Part shown: positions 1 through 13,071 of the stretch, piece by piece | Position numbering within the stretch: the first letter of the stretch is position 1 | How the letters are laid out: each line of letters starts with the position of its first letter | Assembly: GCF_006345805.1 (NCBI RefSeq) | Contig: NC_043006.1 | Coordinates: 39,742,001 to 39,806,000 of the forward strand | Length of the DNA: 64,000 nucleotides | Source: Octopus sinensis | Taxonomy: Eukaryota | Direction of reading: 5' to 3' | The notes under the pieces: model-generated | What the model was told of the DNA's origin: nothing | Seen by the model: the letters and a program-made list of their open reading frames with translations, nothing else | Databases searched by the model: none | Translations under genes and position numbers: made by a program

Positions 1-329
1 ACCCCAGGACTTATTCTTTGTAAGGCTAGTACTTATCATATCGGTCTCTTTTGCCGAACCGCTAAGTTACGGGGACATAAACACACCACCATCGGTTGTC
101 AAGCGATGTTGCGTGGACAAACACAGACGCACAACCATATACACACATATTTATATACATATATACGGCGGGCTTTTTTCAGTTTCTGTTTACTAAATGC
201 ACTCACAAGGCTTTGGTCGGCCCGAGGCCATAGTAGAAGACACTTGCCCAAGGTGCCACACAGTGGGACTGAACCCGGAACCATGCGGTTCGTAAGCAAG
301 CTACTTACCACACAGCCACTCCTACGCCT
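1..329 (-). mobile_element. tRNA-derived SINE, family A (CORE-like), runs off window edge
   Basis: Reverse strand reads GGCGTAGGAGTGGCTGTGTGGTAAG (A-box-like) ... GGTTCAGTCCC (B-box-like) ... CACCTTGGGCAAGTGTCT (CORE-like); multiple paralogs in the window. Confidence 0.8.
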
Positions 330-1404
330 TGTGTATTTTTGTTTTTGCTTTCTATTTTGCTCTTTTTTTGTTTTATTTTCATTCAAGTCTGGTGCTTACT
401 CTATCGGAGGTCTTAGGCCGAACCTCTAAATTCGGGGCATAAACAAACTAACGCCGGTCCTCTTCTGAAGTGGTGGTGCGTGGGTGGGGTGAGGGCTATA
501 GAGTCAGAAAGACACCACACACATACGATTTGACTGTTAATTTCAGCAGGTCAACTTTCTGCACAGAGACCTCGTTGTTTCTGAGAGTCTATAAAGGCCA
601 CAAATATATAACATGGTCAGAAATGCTTCCTAAAGACTAGATCTGTTTTCTAACAGCTAGAATCGGCTTCCGTTCTGAATAGCTACAGATCCTTTCCTAG
701 ACAATTGTTCAATTCATTTTCGTACACAGTTCATTTATCGAAGTTACCAAGCTGTCATGCAACCAAACATATTACAGCGTTCAGAAACGCGCTCCATATA
801 TTTGAACACTGACTTTATGCATCATCAATCTACCCAATCCTCAATCATTTCTGCTATTCCGAGCTGCTAAACACTGAACCATTCCCGCCCAATTCTTTAC
901 AATACATGTCTATAGCTCCACGTTTTATCCTATGTAATTTGAATCTTTCACAAGCTATGGGTGCAGAGATTATGGCATGTTTTACAAATCTGACTCGCAA
1001 CAACATGATTTTGGCTCGGAAAACTTGTGTGCATCTTTTTTGAATAAAGGACATGCACTACAGCTTTGGCAAGGCCAACATCTTTTGATTGAAATTTGGT
1101 AGGGTAAAACTGTGAAAAATCTTCGGAAGAGTTATCCCCATCCTTCGTTGATACACTTAATCCGCCTCCCGGTTCAGATCCAACATCCAATTGTTGGGTA
1201 CCTAGTGATGTCTTCTCTATTGCAAACTATCATATGAGGTATCAGGTCAAAAGATAACATCCTATATTCCTCATTCAAGTTCTAGAGAACCCCAGAAATC
1301 ATCGTAGGTACAGCCGTTTCTCTGTTAGACAATATATGCTTTTAAATATCCGCACAAAGTGTTTCCCGCTGTCCTTTATATCTTTTTTATTTATTTATGC
1401 GCCC

Positions 1405-1699
1405 TTTTGAAGCCTAACCAGGCTCGTGGGTCCGGTTTCCCGGTTTCTATGGCGTATGTGTTCCCCCGAGCTGGGCGGGACGCCAGTCCATCGCAGCGTA
1501 ACTCAAAAAACAGGAAGAAAGAGTGAGAGAAAGTTGGAGCGAAAGAGTACAACAGGGGTCGCCACCACCCCCTGCCGGAGCCTCGGGGAGCTTTAGGTGT
1601 TTTCGCTCAGTAAACACACACAACGCCCGGTCTGGGAATCGAAATCGCGATCCTCCGACCGCGAGTCCACTGCCCTAACCACTGGGCCATTGCGCCTCC
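1405..1699 (-). mobile_element. tRNA-derived SINE, family B, with V-domain-like tail
   Basis: Head GGAGGCGCAATGGCCCAGTGGTTAGGGC...TTTCGATTCCC shared with 12118 and 17082; tail contains GATGGACTGGCGTCCCGCCCAG. Confidence 0.75.
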
Positions 1700-2495
1700 T
1701 TTATTTACACAAGGGAAATCATCAGGAATTGAATCCTCCCTGTTTTTCCTGCCAGCGGCAGATTATAGCAGTTCATCTTAATCGCAGACTACATAGGATG
1801 CACCTTTCACATGGCACCTCCAAAGTTTTTGTATACGACCTCGGCTTCCTTGAATTTGATGAATGTGAACACAGTTTCTTTTTAATGCTGTTCCAGTAAT
1901 CTTTCTGCTTATATATACTATACAAAATTTACATCAAATAAATAACAACGCCATTTTGGTCATTACGTCATGTCTAAGGATCAAACACAGTATTCAAACA
2001 ATTTAAATACTGTCTGAACTGTTGTTATATCATTTCTGAATTGTTTTTACTTTGTTTCAGCAAGCATCGTTCAGCAAGCATCGTTATTGATGTGGAAGTT
2101 TATGATGTCACTTATTAGTTTTATGTATGTTTTCCGTTTTATATCTAAAGTTCGGATCTCTTTAAGTATCTAATCAAGCATTCCAAATGTTGGTACCACT
2201 ATTAGTACAGAGAAGACATTATGGTCAATTTATTTATCGGTTACCAAAGATCAAACTACCATATGTTTTAGTTCAAAAGTAGTATTTATTCTCCAGTTAT
2301 CAATTGTTTATTCTAAACACTGTAATAGGATATGCTTTCATAAATCCCACACAATTTGTTAACTGTCTAATATTGGGAAGATATTAAGGCCGTCAGATGA
2401 TAACCGTTTTAGATAGGTAGATAAATATATACATTGTATTGCTAATAAATATGTTTGTGTGCTTTAGTGTATATAATGGTATATAACTAAACATT

Positions 2496-2561
<66 letters not shown>

Positions 2562-2947
2562 TATAAGGGAATATAATTAAAAAATAATAACCGTCAGATA
2601 ATAAAGAAACGACAAACATGAAAAGCAAACAGGCATTTATTACTTTTATGATAAATAATCACGTCTCCCGTGGGTGTTTTTAGTGAATTCTTTTTGCTGC
2701 AAGCAATCGGAGTAAATCCAGATCTGAGAAAAATAGCCCCCTTCCTGTGTTTATCAGAGATAATGACCCCGCTGCCCCTACACTAATCTTCATCCACTGA
2801 CAAGCATATTAAAACAAAAAGAAATTTAAGAGAGATATGAGATATTTAACGCGACATAATCAAATAGCTGTATTCTTTGCCCCACGTAATTTTACCAAGC
2901 ATCATGATTTTTACAAAATGCAACCATTATAATACAAAACTTAAATG

Positions 2948-3030
2948 CTACTACTACTACTTACTACTATACTACTACTACTACTACTACTAATAATAAT
3001 AATAAATAATAATAATAATAATAATAATAA

Positions 3031-3070
<40 letters not shown>

Positions 3071-3071
3071 T
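2948..3071. repeat. (CTA)n/(TAA)n microsatellite
   Basis: Direct reading; borders the R4/Dong fragment. Confidence 0.95.
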
Positions 3072-3833
3072 TAGCAATGGCTGCGGGGAGGAGACTGAAA
3101 AGGGCCCACTGAGGCATTAGTGTGTAGCACTCAAGAAGAAACTACTCCAAATATGACATTGATAAAAAAACTGACTCGCCACAGTGTAGGATGTGTTCTG
3201 AGAAAAGAGAAAGCATAAGCCATATTGTTAGTGAGTGCTGTAAGCTCGCACAACGCGAATACAAAAGGAGAATCGACAATGTAGTCAGATATGTCCACTG
3301 GCAGTAAAGCAAATATCGAGAGAACCGAAGAATGGTATGAACACAAGCCAGAAGGAGTAATAGAAAACAAACATTATAATACTCTGGGATTTTAACATAC
3401 AGTGCGTGGATATGAGACGGCCAGATATCGTGATCATCCATAAAGATGTAAAAGAAGCAATGATATAGATACTGTAATACCAGGCGATTCGAGAGTGAGA
3501 TGTAAGTAAACAGAAAAGACTGAGAAGTACCAGCCACTGCGGGACGAGATGGGAAAGTTATGGGGCATGAATGAGGAAAGTAATGAGGATACCAGAGGTA
3601 ATTGAAACATTAGGAGGAGTTTCCAAGGGCTTTGAAAAACATATTAAGAAAATTGGAGCTGCTGTCAGGTTCAAAGTGATCCAGAAGACAGCATTGTTAG
3701 GTACAGTTCGCATTCTAAGGAAAGTATTGTCTCTTTGAGTCACAGGAGAAGGCACTACTTGAAACATTTGGTGATTTGTTTTTGCTTGCTTTCAAGCAAA
3801 TGATAACCGGTAATTAAGGAGTATCCGAGGGTT

Positions 3834-3835
<2 letters not shown>
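3072..3835 (+). mobile_element. R4/Dong-clade non-LTR retrotransposon, 3' fragment (zinc knuckle + restriction-like endonuclease), degenerate
   Basis: Frameshifted translation gives CRMCSEKRESISHIVSECCKLAQREYKRR (CCHC), RRPDIVII (PD motif), EKYQPL and QKTALLGTVRILRKVLSL*; flanked on both sides by (TAA)n, the known Dong target. Confidence 0.85.
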
Positions 3836-3870
<35 letters not shown>

Positions 3871-3872
<2 letters not shown>

Positions 3873-4418
3873 GCAGTACCAGGCAGTGGCTCTCATGACT
3901 TCTGATCTTAACTGATTGGAAGTGTTTTCATGTACATTGTTTTGTCTTGGTATAAAAGATGGGCTACAGCAAATATTATGCTCAATACCAGAGATTTGCT
4001 TGTCAGTTGTTTGACCTTAACCAGTTGAGCATGTCCCTTAGTGGCTGACGATATGTGTATCTCTGATCACGAGCAGAAGTAGTGGGGGAGCATCATAGCC
4101 ATGTGTTGAGAGGGATTCTTTGGGATTTGAATAGTTCACCTCTGGAAACATGAGTGGTTCTTTCAACATCCTTAAACAACCCTTATACAGGGACCGTTTG
4201 AGCGGGATGGGCTACTCAACCTGAAGAAAATTCTAACTGGGCCCCACCTGCAAGGTCATGTGCTGTTTATCTTGATATGAGATCACCATGTCGCGCACAT
4301 ATGGTTGTGATGCATGTGCCTGGTGTACCTTTATCAGACGGGTAGTCATGATGGGTATATTGGGCTTCGTATATTTTACCCCAGTGTCACTTTGATGGCA
4401 TGAACTGCTCTCTCACTC
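3871..4418 (+). mobile_element. Element X copy 1: ~550-bp non-coding interspersed repeat in (TAA)n
   Basis: Clearly similar to 4482-5035, 56209-56762 and 56859-57208; (TAA)n on both sides. Confidence 0.85.
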
Positions 4419-4477
<59 letters not shown>

Positions 4478-4481
4478 TAAT

Positions 4482-5035
4482 CCTGATGCAGTACCAGGCA
4501 GTGACTCTCATGGCTTCTTATCTTAACTAATTGAAAGTGTTTTCATGTACATTGTTTTGTCTTGGTATAAAAGACGGGTTAACAACAAATATTCTGCTCA
4601 ATACCACATATTTGCTTGTCAGTTGTTTGGCCTTAACCGGTTGAGCATGTCCCTTAGTGGCTGACGATACGTACATCTCTGATCACGAGCAGAAGTAGTG
4701 GGGGAGCATCATAGCCATGTGTTGAGAGGATTTTGGGGGAAGTTTGGATAATTCACCTTTGGAAACAGCGGTATTTCGTTCAACATCCTTAAACAATCCT
4801 TATTCAGGGTCATTTTGAGTGGGATGGGCTACAAAACCTGAAGAAAATTCTAACTGGGCCCCACCTGCAAGGTCATGTGCTGTTAATCTTCATATGAGAT
4901 CACCATGTCACGCACATCTAGTTGTCGTACATGTGCCTGATGTGCCCTTATCAGACGGGTAGTCATGATGGGTATACTGGGCTTTGTATATTTTACCCCA
5001 GTGCCACTTTGATGGCATGCACTGCTCTCTCACTC
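4482..5035 (+). mobile_element. Element X copy 2
   Basis: Starts CCTGATGCAGTACCAGGC, ends CTCTCTCACTC then (AAT)n. Confidence 0.85.
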
Positions 5036-5049
5036 AATAATAATAATAT

Positions 5050-5114
<65 letters not shown>

Positions 5115-5149
5115 TGATGATAATAATAATAATAATAATGATGATGATG

Positions 5150-5191
<42 letters not shown>

Positions 5192-5217
5192 TAATAATAA
5201 TAATAATAAAAGTAATC

Positions 5218-5586
5218 GGCGCAGGAGTGATTGTGTGGTAAGTAGCTTACTTACCAACCACATGGTTCCGAGTTCAGTCCCATTGCGTGGCACCTTGAGC
5301 ACCTACGTGCACCTACTATAGCCTCGAGCCGACCAACGCCTTGTGAGTGGATTTGGTAGATGGAAACTGAAAGAAGCCCGTCGTCCGCGTACACATATAT
5401 ATATATGTGTGTGTTTTTTGTGTGTATGTTTTTGTGTCTGTGTTTATCCCCACACTATCGCTTGACAAACGATGTTGTGTTCACGTTCCCGTAACTTAGC
5501 AGTTCTGCCTAAGAGACCGATAAAATAAGTACTAGGCTTACAAAGAAAAGTCCTGGGGTCTGTTGAATTAAAGGCGGTGCTCCAGC
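5218..5586 (+). mobile_element. SINE family A
   Basis: GGCGCAGGAGTGATTGTGTGGTAAG...GTTCAGTCCC head; colinear with 1-329. Confidence 0.8.
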
Positions 5587-6305
5587 TTATACACGCATGC
5601 ACACAAGCTTCACACATGTTCGTAAGAGTAATTAGATGATGCCATTTTGCAGTTTGGAGTAAATAAAATGAAATTGTTAAGTATCTTTCAAGCGGGGATT
5701 GACATTGGTCCAATGATATCATTACTGTTCAGCGCCAATCAGTAAACGAGACAAGACTCATAATTTGTATAGTATCAACAGCTCATAATCTGTAAGTAAA
5801 AAAATCATATACAAAATTTATTGTATGACCCAGAAGCTGATTCGTTTAATTTTCTCGGCTTCACTTCACCAAGAGCTGGCGAAAATTACCCGCGTCAGAT
5901 TAGCGTGTCGGCCATGCTGTATGACATGAAAACCCTGAATCGAACAAAACGTCTCTGAATGAATGAGAATTGTGTAACGATTACTTATATCCATAGACCT
6001 CGTCACATTTACGAACATAGAATGTAAATGTGTAGTTATAAATAACAGAAATGTTACTGTTTTATCAAATGTATGATGCAGTATTCACATAGATTTAGAT
6101 AAGCTCCTATAGGGAGAGATATGAAATGATAACTGTGCAGAACAATGTTTGGAAATTCGTATATAGGTATATGTGTGTGTATATGTATGTATATGTACGC
6201 GTGTACGTATATATGTGTGATGCTATTGGTGTGTGTGTTTATACATATGTATATACGTATATATGCATATATACATCTATCTACATATATATCTAGTATC
6301 CTAAG

Positions 6306-6629
6306 GTGAGGGCGCGTGGCTTAGTGGTTAGGGCATTCGGCTCATGATCGTAAGGTTGTGAGTTCGATTCCCGGCGACGCGTTGTGTCCTTGAGCAAGAC
6401 ACTTTATTTCACGTTGCTCCAGTCCACTCAGCTGGCAAAAATGAGTTGTACTTGTATTTCAAAGGGTCAGCCTTGTCACTCTCTGTGTCACGCTGATTAT
6501 CCCCGAGAACTACGTTTAGGGTACACGTGTCTGTGGAATGCTCAGCCATTTGCACGTTAATTTCACGAGCAAGCTGTTCCGTTGATCGTATCAGCTGGGA
6601 CCCTCGTCGTCGTAACCGGCGGAGTCTTT
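6306..6629 (+). mobile_element. tRNA-derived SINE family C (CORE-like), full length with 12-bp TSD
   Basis: A-box TGGCTTAGTGG, B-box GTTCGATTCC, TGTGTCCTTGAGCAAGACACTT core; TSD TAGTATCCTAAG at 6294-6305 and 6630-6641. Confidence 0.9.
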
Positions 6630-6651
6630 TAGTATCCTAAGTCTCTTTCCC

Positions 6652-6656
6652 TCTCT

Positions 6657-6713
<57 letters not shown>

Positions 6714-6866
6714 ATATATATGTGTGTGTGCCTGATTGTGTATGTATGAGGTTGTCTGTGTATATATGCATATATACATCAATATAGACATATATATATA
6801 TATATATTCACTCACACCTGTCTGTATATATATATATATTATATATATATATATAATATATATATA

Positions 6867-6913
<47 letters not shown>
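6652..6913. repeat. (CT)n and (TA)n microsatellites
   Basis: Direct reading. Confidence 0.9.
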
Positions 6914-6915
<2 letters not shown>

Positions 6916-7216
6916 TGAATGTGTTTATGTGTGTATGCTTGTGAGTGTGCTGTGTAAATGTCTATAGCTTTCAAAATATGGCTGAATAGATAACACCGTT
7001 AACGATATTCACGATATTACGATTTCATATGTGTAAATGGAAACATGATTAAAGCGATTGTTATAGAATTATGCTTATGCACAGACGCACAAACGTTCAC
7101 GCGAACACAACCACAGATGTATATATATATACATGTACATGAGTGTACATGAGTGAATATCTGTATGTATATATAGATTTATAACTATATGTGTGTGTGT
7201 ATGTCTATGTACGTGT

Positions 7217-7287
<71 letters not shown>

Positions 7288-7401
7288 TATATATATTATA
7301 TATATACACACATACATACATACATGTATATATGCTTATATATATGTATGTGTGCGTATATATTGTCACACACACATGGTTACATTCACGGTTTCATATG
7401 C

Positions 7402-7480
<79 letters not shown>

Positions 7481-8084
7481 AATATAGATGATACATTTAT
7501 ACATACATACGTATTTGCATATATGCTCCAACATACACAGTAAGGGAAGAAGTGAAAATAGACTGTGATGTAAGTAAAGGAAACGGAAGGAGAAAAATGG
7601 GGAACAAATGTAACATTCAGGCATGCACACTCACACATTCACGCGAGCACCCTTACGTCTGCAGTCACATTCATACGTGCACACTTATATACACACCTAT
7701 GTATGTATAAACAAGCACGACTAAACATTAAATAAGAAATACAAGAAGCAATGAGAAAAGAGAGAGGGAAACGATAAAACAGAAATGGACAGAGAAGATA
7801 TTAGGTCATAAAAATGTCATGAAGTTATAAAGCAGACAACGACAATCAAATTGTGAGGTCAAGAACAAATGTGCTGGTTTCATAGTTTTGTGGATAGAGA
7901 CAACATACGAAATATCAATTGCTGTAACCATCTTAGCAATTTCGCCAACTAATTCTATTCTGTTCTACTCTGATCTATTCCATTCCGTTCTATTTTACTC
8001 CAATCTATTCCATTCACTTCAATTCTATCTTGAAATATTCTAAAACAAATATAGTCTAGACACAAATTATGGTAAAGCTGGCTT

Positions 8085-8235
8085 CTGTTGCATTGCGTTG
8101 CTATTCATGTTGTTCATGTTGTTGCTACTGTTGCTGCCGTTATTGCTGTTCTTGTTGTTGTTGTTTGTGGTGGTGGTGGTGGTGCTGCTGCTGCGGCCAC
8201 TGCTGCTGCTGCTGCTACTGCTGTTGTTGTTCTTG
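8085..8235. repeat. Compound (GTT)/(GGT)/(GCT) trinucleotide repeat
   Basis: Direct reading. Confidence 0.85.
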
Positions 8236-8472
8236 ATCAGTTCCAGCACAATTTTGACAGAACATATCTGTGATGAAATGTATTCTATCCACGATCAACC
8301 TATCTTTTCTTTTCAGATAAGGCCTATCTAGGACCTTTTTTAAGAGTAATGGTTTTGATTTAAGAGAGGTCTGGTTGCTATTTCTAACGGGTAGGTAAAA
8401 GAGCCTTCAAAAGGGTATTCCCAAAGTTTCGGGCCTTGTGCCTTGAGTAGAAAAGAATATTTATTTTCTTCA

Positions 8473-9238
8473 AGGCGGCAGCTGACAGAAATGTTAGCAC
8501 GCCGGGCGAAATGCGTAGCCGTATTTCGTCTGCCGTTACGTTCTGAGTTCAAATTCCGCCGAGGTCGACTTTGCCTTTCATCTTTTCGGGGTCAATAAAT
8601 TAAGTACCAGTTATGCACTGGAGTCGATGTAATCGACTTGATCCATTTCTCTGTCCTTGTTTGTCCCCTCTGTGTTTAGCCCCTTGTGTGTAGTAAAGAA
8701 ATAGGTATTTCGTCTGTCTTTACGTTCTGAGTTCAAATTCGGCCGAGGTCGACTTTGCCTTTCATCCTTTCGGGGTCGATTAAATAAGTACCAGTTACGC
8801 ACTGGGGTCGATATAATCGACTTAATCCTTTTGTCTGTCCTTTTTTGTCCTCTCTGTGTTTACCCCCTTGTGTGTAGTAAAGAAATAGGTATTTCGTCTG
8901 TCTTTACGTTCTGAGTTCAAATTCGGCCGAGGTCGACTTTGCCTTTCATCCTTTCGGGGTCGATTAAATAAGTACCAGTTACGCACTGGGGTCGATATAA
9001 TCGACTTAATCCTTTTGTCTGTCCTTTTTTGTCCTCTCTGTGTTTACCCCCTTGTGTGTAGTAAAGAAATAGGTATTTCATCTGTCTTTACGTTCTGAGT
9101 TCAAATTTCGCCGAGATCGACTTCGTCTGTCATCCTTTTGGGGTCGATAAATTAAGTACTAGTTGCGTACTGGAGTCAATCTAATCGTCTGGCCCCCTCC
9201 CTCAAAATTTCGGGCCTTGTGCCAAGGGTAGAAAAGAA
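8473..9238 (+). mobile_element. Meta-domain SINE (family D) with four tandem 184-bp units
   Basis: Head AGGCGGCAGCTGACAGAAATGTTAG, B-box GTTCAAATTCC, Meta-like GTCGACTTTGCCTTTCATCCTTTCGGGGTCGATAAATTAAGTACCAG; unit starts at 8521, 8705, 8889, 9073. Confidence 0.85.
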
Positions 9239-11261
9239 AATCGTTCATTTCTCACGTCTGTACGCTCAATCCTTTCTTATCGGCTGGAGGATACCTGATT
9301 AACTTTTTTTCTTCTTTTTTGTCTTTTTATACAAAGGAAAATAAATTCGATGGACTGCATTGCTCTTTAAACTTATCAACTCGGAGTATACGTAATTATC
9401 CACAATGTTTTCGGATAATTGTGCATATACAAATTAAAAGGCTAACTATTTTACTTATTTTGATCTTTTCAACATTACATAGTTATACTGTATTTTATAT
9501 ATGAAATAGATTGCATTTATTTTTCGTTCAATTTTTGTTTTGTTTCTTACTATAGTTTTCGTAAATTGTTTTTCTTTGAGAGATGACTCACACCAATTTC
9601 TAAGATATCGCGTAGTAGTGATCGTTATTAAAGATGAAAGAAAAAGCAATTTCTCTTATCTATTGCTATGACAAACTTGTTCGACAAAATGGCGTTTGTT
9701 GCAAGCTACAACAGTATTTGAATAGATCTCCGTGTTGTCTCCAAATATATAGGTGAATTTACTAATAGCTGACTCCTTATTATATAAGCAGCCGATAAAC
9801 GTTTTTGGTTCATTGAACCGGATTCATTAGATACAGTCTGTATAAAGTGGTTCTGTGAGCATTTATGTGCGGTGTATGTGACCGGAAAGAAACCAACTTA
9901 TTCGATTACGAAAAATACTGGAATTCTAGATGAGACATTTTGAACTGAAAGACAAGCAAATTGACAATGTAAAGAAGAGATACATAAAGTAGAGATCCGA
10001 AATGCTTGAACCCACTTGAATTCGTCGAAAACCTATGGAGAAACCAGTCAGTCTGTTTCTTATTTCAATTTTATGAATTGGTTGGAAGTGGGGCAGGAGG
10101 AAGGTGCTGTAACTTCTAAAATCTTTTTTTTTTTCTATGCTCTCCATGACAGACGAAGTGGAATGGAAAAAATAAATGTGCATAATGTTCAATTTGAACA
10201 ACAGTTTCAGCTTGAGTTGTTGAACGTTAGCGACTGGATGCAAAATATAAATGGAAAAGATTTAGAAGGATGATACAGTTGTAGTGAAACTAACTAGTGA
10301 GAGTTGTTTTCTTGTGAACCAGAAATCCTAAATAACGCATGGTTAGGCAGCATAATCAATTTTGGAAGAACACTTACATAGAGAAATGTCAGTTGATATT
10401 AAAGAGGATCGTTTTGATTAAGTTATCTTAATGCATTCAGTATGTCATACTGTTGCTGCATACTCAACCATAAATTGGTTCTGGCATTTTACATTACTAC
10501 CGCCTTTCTATAGAGAGAAAGGCTTACCGTATGGCGGCCATTTTACTAATAAAAGACTATGACGAAAGTGGATAGTTGAAAGGGTGAAAGAACCGACAAA
10601 GATTTAATGGCCGAAGTCAACTTGAAGGCCACAAATATTATTCTTTAAATGTCTCCGCTGCACGGCAGGACGTTTTAAGGCAGGGAAATGATAACAGGGG
10701 AAAAAAACTAGTAATCTTAAGAAAGGAAAAAGGTTGTAAATATTGCTTAGTGTAGAGAAAAATGCGGATGAGAAAGGATAAAGGATCTGGGTATGGAGAA
10801 ACAGGAGGCGCCAGAGGAAATATTGAGAGTGTGAAATAGAATAAGTAACTTAAAATGAGAACTATGACTTAGAGAGGAGACGAAATAATTTAATAAATGA
10901 GAAATATATAGAATTAACATTAGCAGGATGACAAACAATGCGATAGATAAAGAATGACATAGATAACGAGGAAGAGAGTGAAAGAGTGGGGACGAATGAA
11001 AGAAATAGAGAGAGAGAGAATAACCGATAGACATAACTAGCAGACAAATATATTCGCAATTAATGCAGGAGAAGGAAGACTGTCTTTTTTTTTATTGGCA
11101 TATCAATTACCTCATTCGAAGCGAAGATAATTTCAGTAAGTTCAGAATATATTACGGTCGGCATATAAAATATAATACCTTTATTTGTCAGTTCATGCCA
11201 ATGTCCAGTGGCCACTCGGAGTCATTTCTCTAATATTACTCTGTGAGTGTGTGAGTGTGTG

Positions 11262-11600
11262 TGAAAGTGCATGGCTAAGTGGTTAGAGTGTCGAGCTTAC
11301 GATCACGTGGTTGTGAGTTCGATTCCCGGAACCGGGCTGCGTGTTGTGTTCTTGAGCAAGACACTTTATTTCACGTTGCTCCAGTTAACTCAGCTGTAGA
11401 AATGAGTTGCGACGTCACTGGTGCGAAGCTGTATCATGCCCTTTGCCTTTCCCATGGGCAACACTGGTAGCGTGGAGCGGCGAGGCTGGTATGCATGGGT
11501 GACTGCTGGTCTCCCACAACCACCCTTTCCCCGGACTTGTCCCTCGGAGGGTAACTTTTTAGGTGCAATCCCATGACCATTCATGACCAAAGGGATCTCC
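11262..11600 (+). mobile_element. SINE family C head with alternative tail
   Basis: Same head/core as 6306; 3' half matches 47280-47413 instead. Confidence 0.8.
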
Positions 11601-11602
11601 TC

Positions 11603-11650
<48 letters not shown>

Positions 11651-11692
11651 GTATATATGTATATATGTATATATATATATGTATATATATAT

Positions 11693-11737
<45 letters not shown>

Positions 11738-12062
11738 GTATATATATATGTATATATATATATATGTATATATATATGTTATATATATATATATGTAATA
11801 TATATGTATATATATATGTATATATATGTATTATATATATATGTATATATATATGTATATATATATGTATATATATATATATATGTATATATATGTATAT
11901 ATATATATATATGTATATATATGTATATATATGATATATATGTATTATATATATGTATATATATATGTATATATATGTATATATATATATGTATATATGT
12001 ATATATAATGTATATATATGTATATATATATGTATATATATGTATATATATGTATATATATG

Positions 12063-12093
<31 letters not shown>

Positions 12094-12117
12094 TATATAT
12101 ATATTATATATATATAT
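11603..12117. repeat. ~510-bp degenerate (TA)n/(TATG) tract
   Basis: Direct reading. Confidence 0.95.
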
Positions 12118-12410
12118 GGAGGCGCAATGCCCCAGTGGTTAGGGCAGCGGACTCGCGGTCGTAGGATCCTAGTTTCGATTCCCAGACCGGGCCTTTGAGC
12201 GAAAACACCTAAAGCTCCACGTGACTCCGGCAGGGATGGGGGCGATCCCTGTTGTACTCTTTCGCCACAACGGCCTCTCACTCTTTCTTCTGTTGGCCTG
12301 CTCACTTAACCACCAATTTGGCGTTATTTGAAGGCTAAAACAATGCGAAGCGCATTGTGATCAGCGACGTGTTGCAACATCTGATAGCCTGGTCGGGGAC
12401 GGTGACGGTG
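12118..12410 (+). mobile_element. SINE family B with a different tail from the 1405 copy
   Basis: Head and middle match 1699-1510 reverse; diverges after CACTCTTTCTTC. Confidence 0.75.
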
Positions 12411-13071
12411 ATATATATATATATATATATATATAATTGTATATACTATTGTATTATGTCCATCCGTAATTTTTTGTCCTGCTTGTATTTTGTTTTCTAT
12501 TCTTTTGTGTTCGAATCTGTCCATCACCTCATTGATATCTTCAACATCTCTGGGGCAATCGCACGACGAACAGTACAACGGAATTGGGATTTGCGAACCT
12601 TAAAAGGGCCGAAACTGAGCTTATAACTTCGTTTCCTATGAGAATACTTCCATGTTTACCTGTTTTTCGTTCTTTTGCTGTAATTCATTTCCACCTTCTA
12701 TTCTCCCCTCCATCGCATTCTAATTCTGCAAAACGACCCTTGCAATCTTTAGCTTAGCATTGTAAGGTTTCTCGATGTAACATCGATAATTATAAGAGTA
12801 ACTACATAAAGTTCAGCGTTTTTGAAGTATTCTCATCCAGACGACAGATGGAGTCATTTTGCCAATTATAGATTGGAGCAATCGAGGAAATAATTGTACA
12901 TGGCTGGGGCCTCTTTTTTACCTGTGGTTGTGTGAAATCTTAGTAGCGATGTTATTAGGCATTTAATGTAGTTAACATTCTTCTGAGGAGCTTTCACATT
13001 TTCTGGCACTTAAGCTTGTTTAAGAAATGCAGTCTAATTAGGACCAGAAAACTTGTGGCTATTCAAGACAT

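Noticed and set aside
854-1190. KAVVHV / FIQKR / IISAPI faintly recalling the Helitron Rep motif (VIEFQKRGLPHAH...IISAEIP)
   Set aside because: The HUH motif is absent, spacing is off and a frameshift is needed; likely chance without an HMM hit.
4040-4235. CTGACGA and CTGAAGA hammerhead half-cores in element X
   Set aside because: No correctly placed stem II + GAAA partner.
8521-9238. Regular repeats resembling a CRISPR array
   Set aside because: No unique spacers; whole 184-bp units repeat; eukaryotic SINE context with no cas genes.
9660-10500. ORFs 9926-10243 and 10016-10273 as host exons
   Set aside because: No recognisable domain or splice support; may be very old transposon debris.
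11601-12305. Long ORFs rich in YI/IY, CV, HT and II repeats here and throughout the window
   Set aside because: Translations of stop-free microsatellites, not genes.
12445-12630. Possible mariner-like terminus (TATTATGTCCATCCGTAATTTTTTGTCC)
   Set aside because: No matching second TIR or transposase motif found.
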